From the human T2T-CHM13v2.0 reference genome, Homo sapiens, in assembly GCF_009914755.1 (NCBI RefSeq), contig NC_060941.1: DNA of 64,000 bases. The stretch is one strand, 5' to 3'. How positions within the stretch are numbered: position 1 is the stretch's first letter; every line of letters begins with the position of its first letter. Positions 14,951 to 30,897 of the stretch are shown piece after piece. The position numbers and the translations under genes were made by a program. The notes below the pieces were generated by a model. That model was not told the DNA's origin. It saw nothing but the letters and a program-made list of their open reading frames with translations, and did not search any database.

Positions 14951-15527
14951 AGGTGAGTGATCTGCTGAAAAGGATGTTATCATATTGGAAAGGGGAAGAA
15001 TTCGATCTCCTCCACTCTCCCCTCCTCCCCTTCCCTGCCCCTTCCTTCCTTTCCCGTGATATGATACAAGATTTTTGTTCTGGGGGATGTCCTCTTTTCA
15101 TTCATAAAATGAGGTTTTGTGAGGCAGCGTGGTCTGATGGAAAAATCATAAGCGCTCCCACCTCAAGGATGTTGAAAGTGCTCCTCCCTCTCCCTGTAGG
15201 AGCTTCCATCTCATCCCCTTCCCCAAGCTAACTCCTGCTTATTCATTTTCCTGGGCTCAGCTTAAACATCACATTCTTGAAAAAGCTTTTCCTTGGCCTT
15301 GGCTCAGGGAATATCTGGGACCGCAGCCCAGTTCAGCTGCTTACTAGCTGCCTGAACTCACTGGTTCAGTTGTCAACATAAGATTGCAAGAGAACTCATG
15401 CATATATTTTTGTGTATTCCTGGTGCTTGTATTTGAAGTCCAAGAAGAGGATTTTGATTATTTGTTACTTGTGGGATGATGGCAAGGTTAGGAGTGTTGA
15501 AAAAACCAGTTTGTAAGAAGAGCTCTT

Positions 15528-15836
15528 GCCTGGGTGTGGTGGCTCAAGCCTGTAATCCCAGCACTTTGGGAGGCCAAGGTGGGAGTATTGCTTGAGCCCA
15601 GGAGTTTGAGACCAGCCTGGGCAACATAGCTAGACCTCATCTCTACTAAAAATAAAAAAATTAGCCAGGCATATTGGTGCACACCTGTAGTCCCAGCTAC
15701 TTGGGAGGCTGAGGTGGGAGGATTGCTTGAGCCCAGGGATTTGAGGCTACGGTGAGCCAAGATTGCACCACTGCACTCCAGCCTGGGTGATAGAGTGAGA
15801 TGCTGCCTCAAAAAAAAAAAAAAAAAAAAAAAAAAA
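15528..15836 (+). mobile_element. AluJ element with long poly(A)
   Basis: TTGCTTGAGCCCAGGAG J-type residues; TSD-like AAGAGCTCTT/AAGAGTTCTT. Confidence 0.93.
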
Positions 15837-18800
15837 GAGTTCTTGGCCTGAGTGTAGATGGGGTCTTCACTGAGTCCGGTGCTGTATGTAGCTCTGCCTG
15901 TACGGCAGCCTCTGCTGCGCTCTGTGGTGGAGGAAAGGAGCACCAAAATGCGAGTTGGGAGCCCAGGGTTCCAGGCTAAATTTCGATTCTACTCCCAAGG
16001 CCTGAGGTATGCAGTTATACAAGTGATTGTGCTGTAACATGCTGATCTCTAGAAGTAATTTATTTCTATTTGTGTCATCTCCCCACAAATGCTATTGTGA
16101 GAACTGCTGCCATCTTGGTTGTTAATATGTGACTGGGAGTCAAAATGAACAGGTACAACACCAGTGACCATCCCTGCAGCACCAGAAGGCTTATGAATCA
16201 TGTCTCAGAGCAGCTCTGTGGGCTCGTTGTCTCAGGAGATGCCAAACCACAGCCCTTCTATTCATTCTCTCATTAGTTCAACAGACACTGATTGAGCCTG
16301 ACCCTGAGCCAGCCTCCATCAGTGCAGGGTGTGGGGGATATAGAATGAATAAGACAGTGTCCTTAACTCAAAGGGATCATCCTCAGTTTCTCCAAACCAG
16401 AGGTGCCAACCTTCCCACTGCTGTGTCTCTAGTCTGCAGTCAGGTACAATCCAACTTCTTGAATCCATTCACTTTGCATAGTGGCAGCCATTCCTCTCAT
16501 TCATCAGTGTTGCCTCTTGCTTCAGGGGTCCAGCCTTTTAGTTTACAGGTCAAGAATTTTAGGGGGATCTTTCTCCTCCTCTCTGCCGACCCCCACCTTG
16601 GCCCATGGGGGTGAGAACTTCTGCTTTTACGTCTCCCCGCTCAGGGAAGGACTGCCGTGTAAGCTCTGTTCCTCTCTCTGCCCTCCTGTTTCTCTTCATT
16701 AGAGGACTGGTTGAGTCATGTTTTGCTGCTGGGCAGGGTTTCTGGTGCCTCAGCAGTGGGAAAGAGGCTCCACTTTATCTTTCTGAGCTGTTTGCCCCAG
16801 GACTCAAAGACCTTTGTTCTCACTCCAAGCCTGGCCAGGTGGGGCATCCTCATGGTCTGGTGGGTTCCAAGGTCTAGACCTGGGGCAGGAGTCAGAGGCG
16901 TCCACTTTGGCCTGAGTCTAATCTGTGTTTGCCATTCCAGCTTTGTCAGAGGGCTCTACTTTGGGTGGTTTGGGGGTATAAAACTGGCCATTAATAAATC
17001 TGAAACTCTAATTCCCCTTGTTGTCTTTGTTAGCTGGTCAGCGAGAGGGGAAGAAGGGTTGGTGCCCGCGTTCTGGCTCCAGCCCTATCCCAGACCTCTA
17101 AACTTCAAAGCAGAGATGGTGAGGGACATGCTCAAGGTCCTGAGGACTCTTGGAAGATGTGGGACTTGAATTCATGTCTCCTGACTCTTGGCGCAGTGCT
17201 CTTCTCCCGTATCTGTCTCTCCTCAAATGGACAGAACTCACCAGTTGGCTCTCTGCTTGTTGAAAAGAGGGTATGGCTGTGTAGATGCCATGATAAAAAT
17301 ATGGAATCTGGACCCAGAGAAAATTGGGTTTCAACATTTTACATTTTCCCCTACATCTTAATTCCCTCATCTGGAAACAGGGTTAATAAGGGTATTTTCC
17401 TCAGTGTTATGACAAGCATGAAAGAATCCACATACCATGCACAACACGGTGTCTGAAACCGAGCAATTGCTCCATAAATGTTAACTATTTTCATGTCATA
17501 TCAAATGAAACTTCCAGCTAGAAAAATTTTTCCCAAGAAGAGGAAAACAGTATCCAGCCAATGTAAAGTAGCAGGGCGTTTTCTTAATGAACAGTGTATC
17601 AGCTAAGTTTTTGAGGAGCAGTAATTCCTGTCTGGAATTTACCTGGGTATTGTAACTCTTCCCTACTGGCCATGTAGCCCAGGCTGAATGCTCTCAGTAT
17701 ATACATCTAGAACACCACAGGCGCCAATATCTATAAATAGGGAGGAAGCCATAAATGAGAGCTCATTAAGTTCTTACTGACTGCTGAAAAGTAAATTAGA
17801 AAAAATAAACAGAGCTGAACATTTGTGTAAACCTCAATCTTTTTGATGTTTTTCAATTAGCAGAGCCATTTTTCATGTGAAAAATTAATGGCTGTCATGT
17901 GCCACCTGGCTTATAGAATCAAGTGACAATTTGTTTTAATGACCATTTTCTACCTCTGGATTCAGGTGGACATGACCAGTTACAGGCCATTGGCGATGGG
18001 AGGAGGCAAAGGGGAGTGGGCCTTTAGGGAGCACTGCCCCCATGCCAGGCACAGTGCCAGGCTTGCAATGCACGTCCTTCCCTGAATTTCCTCCATGGCC
18101 CAATGAGGCTGTTGTTATCCTCATTTTATACATGTGGTTCTGAGAGGTGAAGAAATTGCCCAAGGTCACACATAGATGTTCAGGGCAGTCTGATTCTATA
18201 ATTTGTGTCTATTCCACCAAATCACATTCTGCAGAGGGAGAAAGATTTGGCAGGAAGGAGGGAGGTGCCTGCTGATCTCTGGCAGGCAGCCTGCAACAAG
18301 GGTGGGACTGAACCAAGTGGTGGGGGTTGACATGGGCAGAGTCCAGCAACAGGGATCCTGGTGTGGGAGATGCTTAGGGTTCTGTCAGCGCAGAGGTCTC
18401 TCTTTGAATAGCAAAGCATTTGTCATCAGACTAGGGCTCAGAGTAGAAGTCCAGTCTCTGGGAGGGAGACTGAGAGTAAGGCAGGAGCCAGGCAGGATGT
18501 CTGTTTCAGAAGGGACCCGAGTTAGCAGTTGCTCAGTAAGACCACTGCATAGTTGATGAGGCCAAGAAACTAGAGGCAGACACCACGTCAAAGGCCACCT
18601 GTAATGCTGGAGCCACCTCATTAGAGTTGGCACAGTAGCAAGGAAGACTGAGGCAGAGCTGACACATTCTGTCTGGAGCTGCCTTTTGGAGGGAAGTGAG
18701 GGGAAGAAACTGCATGTGGAGTCAGAAGCCTCAGCTGTGGGCAGGGCTGGAGCAGCGGAGCAGGCCTGAGAGCCAGGCAGGGGCTGATGACCGTGATGAC

Positions 18801-20463
18801 AGCTTTCACGGATTGTGGGATGGGCCCTTTTATGCATAATCTTTAATCCTGAAATAACTTCAGGGGATAGGCACTACTATCTCTTTTTGTATATGGGGAA
18901 GTGGAAGTTCAGAGAGACAGAGGGGTGAGGTCCTTTGCTTACAGGCACACAGTGGCCATCTGGCAAAGCAGAAATGAAAACCCAAAGATCTGTGCATGTT
19001 CCTCCCGCTCCCATACTGCCTCCCTGCCATCCCTAATTCAAAACAGATGATTACTTTCTCCATCCACTGCTTCTTCCCTGCCCTGCCTGTAACTGACCAG
19101 CGCCAGTCTGCAGAAACAGCAGCAGCCTTGGATTTAATTTTCTGGGCATTATAACCGACACTGCGGAGAACATCTCGGCTCTAGGGACAAATCTGTCTGA
19201 TGACAGTGCACACGTGAGCTCCTTCCTAGACTGAGGGTGGAGCCGCTGGACCTGACAGTTGCAGCTTATTCTCCCTTTTGGTAATAATGCACGACTAGGC
19301 AAGAGAGGAAAAAACCTGCCGAGTAATTCTTTAATTTTAAAGAGTATTTCTCCAAGGCGCAGGAATCAATCAGCCCTTGGGATCCGAGCTTCTGTTCCAG
19401 GGGAGGGCGACTTAGGAACAGCTCTGCCTCCCTCAGGCAGGGTAGGGACTCAGTGACCTCAGAAAGATTTCTCGCAGCCGCAGGCTCCTCTTAGGAGTTT
19501 TGCTGATTGGTTTGGACTTTACTTTGAACGTGGCAGTAGATAGAAGTGTTAAGATTTTTCATAAGTCTGTCTTTCCATTTTCTTTCCTCTTCTAATTCCT
19601 GAGGTTCATAATTATTCTGTTCACCCTTTTGTAGTTGGATAACTGATTTTTGTTGTTGCTGTTGTTGTTGTTGCTATTTCTTTGGGCAGTTTGAATATTC
19701 TTCAATGTACATTCCTAGAAGCCTTCCAGAAGCCACGTTCTTCTTCTGGGCAATTCTAGGGAGATGGTGTTTGTTCCAGCCCTGGCCTTGCTGATTGACT
19801 GTTTAAAATTTACTCTCCCTGTCTCTGTTCCTCTCTCTTTACAGCATTATTTATCTACCAGTTCATCTACCCACCAATAGTCAATTTATCTATGTAACTA
19901 TCCATTTGTTCCTCCATGCATGTCATGGTCCTGAATTAGCAAAGATTATGATGCTCGGCTAAGGGACAGCCCTTATAGACTACTCACACTTTCCTATAGC
20001 CATAGAAAGCAAAGAGAGTTAAATAAAAAATGAAAAATGCAATTAATCTCAAACCTTGTTGGAATTTATCATTTTTCTAAATGCCCTAAAAGGTTCTCTT
20101 CTTTTCTGTGTTGCAGACAGAACAGAAAGAAAATCAGACTTATGTCGATGGGGGTTTTAGACCTTATATCCACAGGTCAGATTTGTAAGGTTGAAGAAAG
20201 GAGGTGGGCACCCAAGGGTGAGGACAGCTGCTCACTGATCTCTCCTGATTGCCCACAGGGTAGGTCTTGCACTCTAGATCCCAGGTGAGGGTTTGGGAAT
20301 CATTGCTTGTCCTTGATCACTTTGTTCTACAGCATCACCCCGAGACATCCATTCACAACTCTGAGATAAGTAACCTTGGAATGGGGAAGTTCTGGTACCT
20401 CTTCCAGATGCCTATCTGCTTTCCTTTTATTTTTTCAGAATTAATCCACTTTAATTTTTAAAC

Positions 20464-20788
<325 letters not shown>

Positions 20789-20929
20789 TAATAATCATAT
20801 ATATTTATGGGGTACAATGTGATGTTTCCATACATGTAGGCATTGTAGAATTGATCAAATCAGGCTAATGAACATATCCATCACCTCAATACTTATCTTT
20901 TTTTTTGTGATGAGGACTTCTAAAATCTA

Positions 20930-21313
<384 letters not shown>

Positions 21314-21870
21314 TTATATCACTGAGCATAGTGTCCTCTAGATTCATCCATGTTGTTGCAAGTGACAGAATTTTCTTCTTTTTCAAGGCTGAATATATTC
21401 TGTTGTATATATAGACACCACATTTAAAAAATCAATTTATTCATTGACAGGCACTTAGGTTGTTTCCAGATCTTGGCTATTGTGAATGATGTGGCAATGA
21501 ACATGGGATGCAGACATCTCCTTGACATACTGATCTCAATTCCTTTGAATAGAAACCCGGAAGTGGGATTGGTGGATCATATGGTAGTTCTGTTTTCAAT
21601 TTTGTGAGGAACTGCCATATTGTTTTCCACAATGGCTGTGCTCATTTCCATTCCCACCAATGATGTATAGGAATTCCCCTCTCTTCAAATCTTTGGCAGC
21701 ATTTGTTATCTTTTGATAATAGCCATTCTAACTGGGGTGAAGTGATATCTTATTGTGGCCTTGATTTGCATGTCCCTAATGACTGGCGATGTTGGGCATT
21801 TTTTCATCTATCTGTTGGCCATTTATACAGCCTCTCAAGAAATGGCTATTCAGGTCTTTTGCCAATTTTA

Positions 21871-22356
<486 letters not shown>

Positions 22357-23018
22357 TTAGTTTGATGCAATCCCGTTAGTCTATTTTTGCTTTTGTTGCC
22401 AGTGTTTGTGAGGTGAATGATATCCACGGAATACTTTCCCAGACCAATGGGGTAGAGCTTTTCCTGTTTTCTTCTAGTAGTTTTACAGTTCCTTATTCAC
22501 CTTTCTTCACGGCCATTCACAAAAAAGCCAGGACAAGCTGCTGGTGCTCCAAGGCTATAGTTTCTCTGCTTCTCTTTGTTCTCCTAGGATATTCTGAGTT
22601 GAATAACATAGTGTTACTTCATCCTTCTATTTCCATCAACATGTGAGACTAGCTTTTATACAATGGCTATTTTAAAAACTTCTTAGATATTTGAACTCTA
22701 TTTCAAGCAGTTCTGCTGAATTTAGAGTCCCATATTGACAATTTTTTGATAGTATAATATCAAAAAATGAAGCTTTATCTTGCCATTTTCTGCAGCAAAA
22801 AGAAAAAGTATATATCTTTTGTAAATATACTGTCTAAAGTTGTAAACTGTCCTTTCTTGAAAGGGATCATTTTAAGAGTGAGGATCCTGACGTCAGATCC
22901 CTTGGGTTCAAATCCTGGCTCCACCACTGATTTTCTGTGTTACCTTAGGCAAATTACTGAACCTTTCCATGCCTCATTTTCCTTATCGGTAAGACATAGA
23001 AATGACACTAGTAATTAC

Positions 23019-23905
<887 letters not shown>

Positions 23906-24692
23906 AGTACCTCCCAAGGTTGTCATGAGTATTCAAGGAGGTCATGAAAGTACTATGCAGCAGTACCTGACACATGGCTAGCACGATCACTGTTTAACAA
24001 GCATCTGTTTTTGTCACCATCCATTGCTATTCTCATTATTCCATTCCAAATGTGTCCTTCCTTTCTGGGCCTGGCTTTTGGTGTGAAATGAGGTGGTTTG
24101 ACCAGAATGCTCCTAAGGCCCCCTCTGGCTGAGTGATTCTAGGATTTTAAGGATGTCTTATTCTGTTCAAGCTGCTATAACAAAATACTGTTACCAGTGG
24201 AAGCTATCCCAGTTACCGGCAGTGAATCCATACGGGTCTAGAGCAACCTCAATTCTTGCCTCCTCAGAAGAAAGAATTTGACTGAGGGGCATAAGGCAGA
24301 AAAAGAGATGGAGGTGAGTTTCAGAGCAGGAGTGGAAGTTTATTTAAATTGGCTTTAGAACAAGAAAGAAAGAAAAGTATGCTTGGAAGAAACCCAAGTG
24401 GGCACCTGAAGGTCAAGTGCGGAGTTTAACTGTGATCCTAGGGCTTTATAGGCTGACCCTTTCCCATGATTCTTCCCTTAGGATGGGCTGCCCATGTGTG
24501 CAGTGCCCTTCTTATGCTTGGGAAGTGAGAACATGCAGTGTGCTTAGGAAGCTGTATGCATGCCCATCTGAGGCTCTTCTTCCCTTTTCCAGTGGAGTGC
24601 CCCCGGAAAGTCATACTCCACCATTTTGTCTCTTAATGCAGATGCCTAGGAAGTGGCTTCTTCCCAGGCATCTGCATTCAATTAACACTTTA

Positions 24693-24985
<293 letters not shown>

Positions 24986-25068
24986 TGCAATTAACACTTT
25001 AGTGCAACAGGTGTGGCCCTTGAGGAAATGGCCTCTCCCTGGCGCCAGCTGCCAATTTATCACTTTTA

Positions 25069-25371
25069 TTTTATTTTATATTTTTTTGAGACAGGGTCTC
25101 CCTTTGTCACCCAGGCTGGAGTGCAGTGGTGCGATCTCGGCTCACCGCAACCTCAGCTTCCCAGGTTCAAGGGATTCTCCTGCCTTAGCCTCCTGAGTAG
25201 CCATGATTACAGGCATGCGCTACCATAGCCCCAGCTAAATTTTGTATTTTTAGTAGAGATGGAGTTTTACCATTTTGGTCAGGATGGTCTCAAACTCCCT
25301 ACCTCAGGTGAACCACCTACCTTGGCCTCCCAAAGTGCTGGGATTATAGACGTGAGCCACGGTGCCCAGCC
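25069..25371 (-). mobile_element. AluS element
   Basis: Full Alu; TSD AATTTATCACTTTTA. Confidence 0.93.
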
Positions 25372-26940
25372 TTAATTTATCACTTTTAGAGAGGCAATGT
25401 CATAACTGCCGAACCATCACCCAGCATTCTTAGTGGGTGTCTAAGTACCGCTCATGCCTGTCCAGCTCCCTGTAACATTACCATAGACGGGTGGCTTAAA
25501 CAGCAGACATTTATTTCTCACCGCTCTGGAGGCTGGAATTCCAAGATCAAGGTGCCAACATGGTTGAGTTCTGGTGAGGACCCTCCTCCTGGCTTTTGGA
25601 TGGCCTCCATCTCACAGTAGCCTCCTTCTCACTGTATCCTCACGTGGCAGAGAGAGGGCTCTGGTCTCCTCTTGTTAGGACATGAATCCCATCGTAGGGG
25701 CTCCACCCGCATGACCTTATCTAAACCTAATTACCTCCCAAAGGCCCCACCTCCTAATACCATCACATTAGGTGTTAGGGATTTAACGTATGAATTTTGG
25801 TGGGGACACCAACATTCGGTCCATGACAAAGGGTCAGGATACAATGTAAGGTGAGGGGAGCCCAGCAGGTTCTCTGTCTGTGCAGCAAAGACACCAGGGC
25901 AAAGTCTACAAGTGTGTTTAGGGGAGCACTGTCCAGAGTGGCTGCCTGGCAGGGTTTCTGGGTCTGATTTTTTATGACAAAACGAAACTTTTCTCTTTGT
26001 ATTGACTTCAATGGAAGGATCCCTGCTGCCACACTCTCGGGTTTCTTTCACATGCTCATAGCTCTATGGCTTGAGAGAACCTCTCACAATCAACCAGCTT
26101 GGACTCAATAACCCTGTACAGACAAACGAATGAGGCATCCTCCCAGGAATTCTAGAGTTGGAAAGAGCACCAGGCTGGGAGTCAGAAGTCTCAGGTCCTA
26201 GCTCTGTTTTACCTGTGTAACCTTGGACAACCCTTCCTGTCTTTGGGCCTCAGTTCCCTATCTGTAAAATGATTCAGGGTGAGCTCATCGCCCTCTCAGC
26301 AGGGGGGATGGGAGATGCTTTCTAAGGCCCCTTTTGCAGGAATGTCTTATAATTCTTCATTCATTCTAAGAGCCATTCTTTGCTTTTCATATTCAAATAG
26401 GCTTGTCCTTGCATCTCTTTTCTCTTTTACCCCATCCAGTTGGCATCACTCAAAGTTCCTTTTAAGATTTTATGACTTTTCTGAAATAATTTTCCAAGTC
26501 TGAGTAGTTATTTGATCCATCCTTGGAATTTTTTCTTTGGGGTGTGGGTAGAGGAAGCAGTGGGTCACTTAGGGAGAAGCCTTCCTTCTGGGCTGCTGAC
26601 AGCTGCTGGGGCCACGCGGGGGGGTCACTGCTTCTGTGGACTTGGCACAGGCAGAGTTAGGTTTTGATCCCACTGCTCTGCTCTGAGAGCTGCTGTCTGG
26701 CTGCTTATGGTGCAAGGACTGAGTATCTTCGTGTGTCACCCTGCAAAGAATTTTCCCTGCCGCTTTACTCTGGACCCAAAGCTCCTTGAAGGAGTGGTCA
26801 GCTGTAGTGCTGTCATGTTGAATGCCGACAAAGGACTGGAAAATCAGAAAATGGGGTACAGGAGATGGGAACCATCTTTGTTGATACCTTGTATTTGTAG
26901 GATCTCCCAAATATTAACTCCCTAATCCATGACCCTCACT

Positions 26941-27387
26941 GGTATTTGCTTCCCAGCATTGCCATAGCAAAGCACCACAAACTGGGTGGCTTCAAACAAC
27001 AGAAACTGACTGTCAGTTCTGGAGGTTAGATGTCTGAAATCAAGGTGTCGGCAGGGTCACACTCCCTCTGAAACCTGGAGCAGGGAGAGTGCTTCCTTGC
27101 TTCTTCTTTGCTTCTGGTGGTGGTGGCAATTCTTGGTGTTCCTTGGCTTGCACCTATGGCATTTCAGTCCCTGCCTCTGTTGTCCCAAAACATTCTCCCC
27201 TTGTGTATATGTGTGTTTTTTAATGAGACCAGTTATTTTGGATCAAGGGCCCACCCTATTCCAGGATGACCTTATTTTAACTAATTACATCTGCAATGAT
27301 CTTATTTCCCAATAAGGTAACATTTTCTGGTACTGGGGTTTAGGAGTCTATCATTTCTTTTTGGGGGACACAATACAAGCCATAACA
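26941..27387 (-). mobile_element. MLT1C-type MaLR solo LTR
   Basis: CACCACAAACTGGGTGGCTT...AATCAAGGTGTCGGCAGGG...GGGGACACAATACAAGCCATAACA; 5-bp TSD TCACT (26936-26940/27388-27392). Confidence 0.88.
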
Positions 27388-27599
27388 TCACTGTAAGTGA
27401 GATGTCGTCATCCTGATTTTTGTAGGTGATAAAACAGACTCAGAGATGTTTGTGACTCCTGAATTTCACATAGATAGCAAGTGGCAGAGTCAGAATTTAG
27501 GGTGTAATTCACCTGATTCCAATACCTCTGTGCTTTCGCGATAACAGCTTTTCCATTCACAGCTTCTGGAGCACCTGGGGCAGAAGCACCTGGGGTGGG

Positions 27600-28140
27600 G
27601 AGTGTGTGTTAAACACACCTGAGCCTGGGTATCTGTATTTTAAATGAGCTGCCCAGATGCTTCTGAGGCATGCTAAAACTTGGGAACCCTTGCATTACAT
27701 CTTGATTCCTGTCTCAGGCTAAGGGAGGTGGGGAGTGGAACAGCTGCTGATTGTTCAGATGGAAAGTGGTGGTGGGTGGGTAGTAAGAGTCTAAACTGGC
27801 ATCTCTCAAACTTTACTGTGCACATGAATCATCTGGGGATCTTGTTAAAATGCAGATTCCGAGTCTAGGGGACTGAGGAGGGAGCTGTGATTCTGCATTT
27901 CTAACAAGTTCCCAGGCGATGTTGAGGCGGAGGCTGTGTGGACCACACTTAGAGTGCAGGTGTCCTCGATAGGACATGATGGGTGACAAATCGAGGATGG
28001 ATCCTCAATTCTACCTGCACATGAAGACCACCTGGTGGCTTTTTGACACTTGAATCTCCAAGTCCCATCCCTAGAGACGATTGGTATTTTTAAAAATCTC
28101 CTCGAGTAATTCCACTGTATGGCCAAGATTAGGAACAACT
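27600..28140. mobile_element. Cluster of MER5A/MER5B hAT fossils (about three pieces)
   Basis: GAATCATCTGGGGATCTTGTTAAAATGCAGATTC...CTGCATTTCTAACAAGTTCCCAGG and two related degenerate copies. Confidence 0.7.
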
Positions 28141-28566
28141 ATTTTTAAGCAAGGTGAGGGATGTCGGGATGCATATGCAGACAGGGTGTCAGCTTTTTTG
28201 TAGTCCTGCACTTCTTCCTTTGGAAAGTCTCCGTCCTGCCCCACTGACTTGTTGCTGCTTATCTGGAGGCTGAATTCAGAGCCAAAGAATGAGGTCTGGT
28301 TCACTTGGCTGGAGGGGATGGGGCAAGGGCTGTTCCTGTGCCCCACTGTCGTTTATGCCAGAGCCCTGAGTGCTGAGTTTTCCCAGGGGCTCTGAAAATC
28401 AGAGTGGGTTGTTGTTTTCTAACTGGGGTTCAGGCCTCCAATTTCCTCCTTTAAAGCGCCGCCTGCCTCGCCCAACAACTTCCTGACTCAAGTCTGCCAG
28501 CTCACTTCCTCTACTTATCTACTCCAGCCTTGGGATGGCTTCTCTGATGAGTCCTGCCGCACCCAT

Positions 28567-29106
28567 TGTCAAGTTCATGACTACGCCAAAGGTCATGGTG
28601 AGGTCCAGAGGGAGCGGGTGGATGAGCAGAAAGAACACTTGGGGGGTCGTAGGCAGGTGAATTATTTTATTCAGCAGCAGCTCTTACCAACAGCTTTCTC
28701 ACACTGTCCACCCTGTCTCAGCTGCTTGGTCCGGCGGCCCCCGCACACAGCTGCATGGCCTGCTCTCTCTTGCCTTCAGGGTCAGCAAATTAACCCTTTC
28801 TCTCTCTGGGCACCAGCATGAGCTGTGCCGCGGCTCCCCTCTGTCCATCTTGCAGATGGACAGCTTTGGCTCTTTCTCTCTTTCTCTGGGTGCCAGTGCA
28901 CCTGTGCAGTGTCAACAGGGCAATTATACCTTTTATAGACAATAGTGGTGTAGAGCCAAGCGATGGCCTTCCCATCTAGTGATGGCTACATGGCTATGAT
29001 AACAAGTGGAGTTTTACACCTGTGCTCTGAACTCGCTGAGACACACAGGGATGTAAACATCTTACCTCGGCCTATCCTTGACCAAAGCACAGCCATGTTC
29101 CTTACA
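28567..29106 (-). mobile_element. LTR18B-like (HERVL18) solo LTR
   Basis: Minus-strand start TGTAAGGAACATGGCTGTGCTTTGGTCAAGGATAGGCCGAGG; TG...CA; perfect 5-bp TSD CCCAT (28562-28566/29107-29111). Confidence 0.85.
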
Positions 29107-29253
29107 CCCATGCAGTTCCCATTGGGTAGAAACAGCTCCAATGTGCAGTATGTGGACTGTGCTTATTTAACCCTCCTCCCCAACAGCCCCTCTCCCCACC
29201 CCCACATGTTTTACTGGATTTGGCCCCAAAGTTTCTGATTTTAACCATCGTAC

Positions 29254-29998
29254 TGATACAGAGGGCTGGGCTCCCAGCTAAACCCCATTCTTAAGCCTGG
29301 AACTGCCCCTTAAGTGAAAACAGCTGACCCCATTTTTCCGTCCAACTGTTGCCTTTTTGGCCTGCCTCACCCATATCCTGTGCCCATAAAAACTTTAGCT
29401 GGCAGAACAACACAGGCGGCTGAGCATCGAGGATACAAGTGGCTGAGGAGTGAGCAGAGAAGCAACTGAGCATCAGAGACTATGGATAGGTGTGGCTGAC
29501 TTCAGACAGTGTGGCTTCAGAGAGGGGCCCGGCCGGAGATGGCTGAACTTCAGGGAAAGATCACCTTCCCATCCCCTTTCCAGCCTTCCTTTCCACTGAG
29601 AGCCACCCACTACTCAATAAAGTCTTCCGCACTCATCACCTTTCAAACAGTCCATGTGACCTGATTCTTCTTGGACGCTGGACAAGAACCTGGGTGCTGA
29701 GAGGGCAGAGGCTGCCACCCTGACCCCTGAGCTGGTTGGCACTTGGCTGATCCTGATGGCAGAGCTGAAAGAGCGCTGGTTGTAACACGCTTGGACGCTG
29801 CTGTGGGGCCCACACAGAGCCTGCTCCCACCAGAGAGGAGTGACCAGCCAGTTCCAGTTCCAGTGTTCGTTCGCTCAGGTTCCTGCATTCGCTCACTCAC
29901 ACTCTCCCTCCTGCGAGGAGTGGCCAGTGGTGGGCTGAGTGAAACGAGACACTCCAGTTCCTGCCCGCAAAGGGGGTCAAGTGAACTATCCCCTCTCA
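29254..29998 (+). mobile_element. ERV1 solo LTR (LTR27/LTR28/LTR1 group)
   Basis: Starts TGATACAGAGGGCTGGGCTCCCAGCTAAACCCC, ends CCCTCTCA; TATA-like CATAAAAA 29385-29392; AATAAA 29616-29621. Confidence 0.78.
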
Positions 29999-30897
29999 GC
30001 ATTTTACCAAAACTGTTTATGAGACCCTGTGGTGGTAGTAGTTTAGAGCAGCAGTGGTTGTGGGGGACATTTTACACCTGTGTTTTAGTTTTCTTACCTG
30101 TAAAATGGAGCTAATGGTAGCATCTGTCTCATAGCACTGTGAGTGTGTGGGATGAATTGAATGGGATGATTTTTGCAAAGCATTTTCGGGCAGTGCCTGC
30201 ACGTGAAATGTGTCTTCAAGGCACCGGCCAGCCACAACCTGGGTGAGATGGAGCTTCAGGGCCATCTGCTGCCCAGAACTCAGGACACTGCTTTTCTACA
30301 TCTGTCCCTAGAAAGGGACAAAATAGACAGGTTGGTAAAGGGGCCTTTGGGTCAACTCATTCCTCACCAAGATCTATCTTTTTCTTTCCATTCTTCTTCC
30401 TTCTCTGAGTTTAATTTTTTTAAAGCCAAACTTCTGGAGTAAATTAAATTGTTTAATGAGATAATATGATGTAGTGGTTAGAAGCATGGACTCTGGAATC
30501 CACTGACTGGCTGTGCCATTTAGAAGGTGTGCCATCTTGGGCAAATACTTAACCTCTCTGTCTCAGCTTCCTTATCTATAAAACAGGGATCACAATAGTA
30601 CCTGTCTCCTAGTGGTGTTGAGATAGTGCAGATACAGTGCATAGGGCAGAGCCTGGTGCTTAGAAAGCACTCAGTTTCTATCACCTATTACTGACTGCAA
30701 GCCTGGCAGCATCCCTATATTATAGGATTTCACATCTCCTTTAATCCCACAACTGGAAGAGGTATCACCTCTGCTTCACAGTTGAGGAAATGGGGGCTCA
30801 GAGGCTTGGAAAATGGGTTAAGATTATATAACTAGTAAGTAGTGGAGCTGAGATTTGAACCTTAGAATTTTAACTAAGAAGCCTGAGGTCTTTCTTT

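Noticed and set aside
28567-29998. Possible proviral remnant flanked by two LTRs
   Set aside because: The LTRs are from different families, in opposite orientation, with separate termini and no internal gag/pol sequence.
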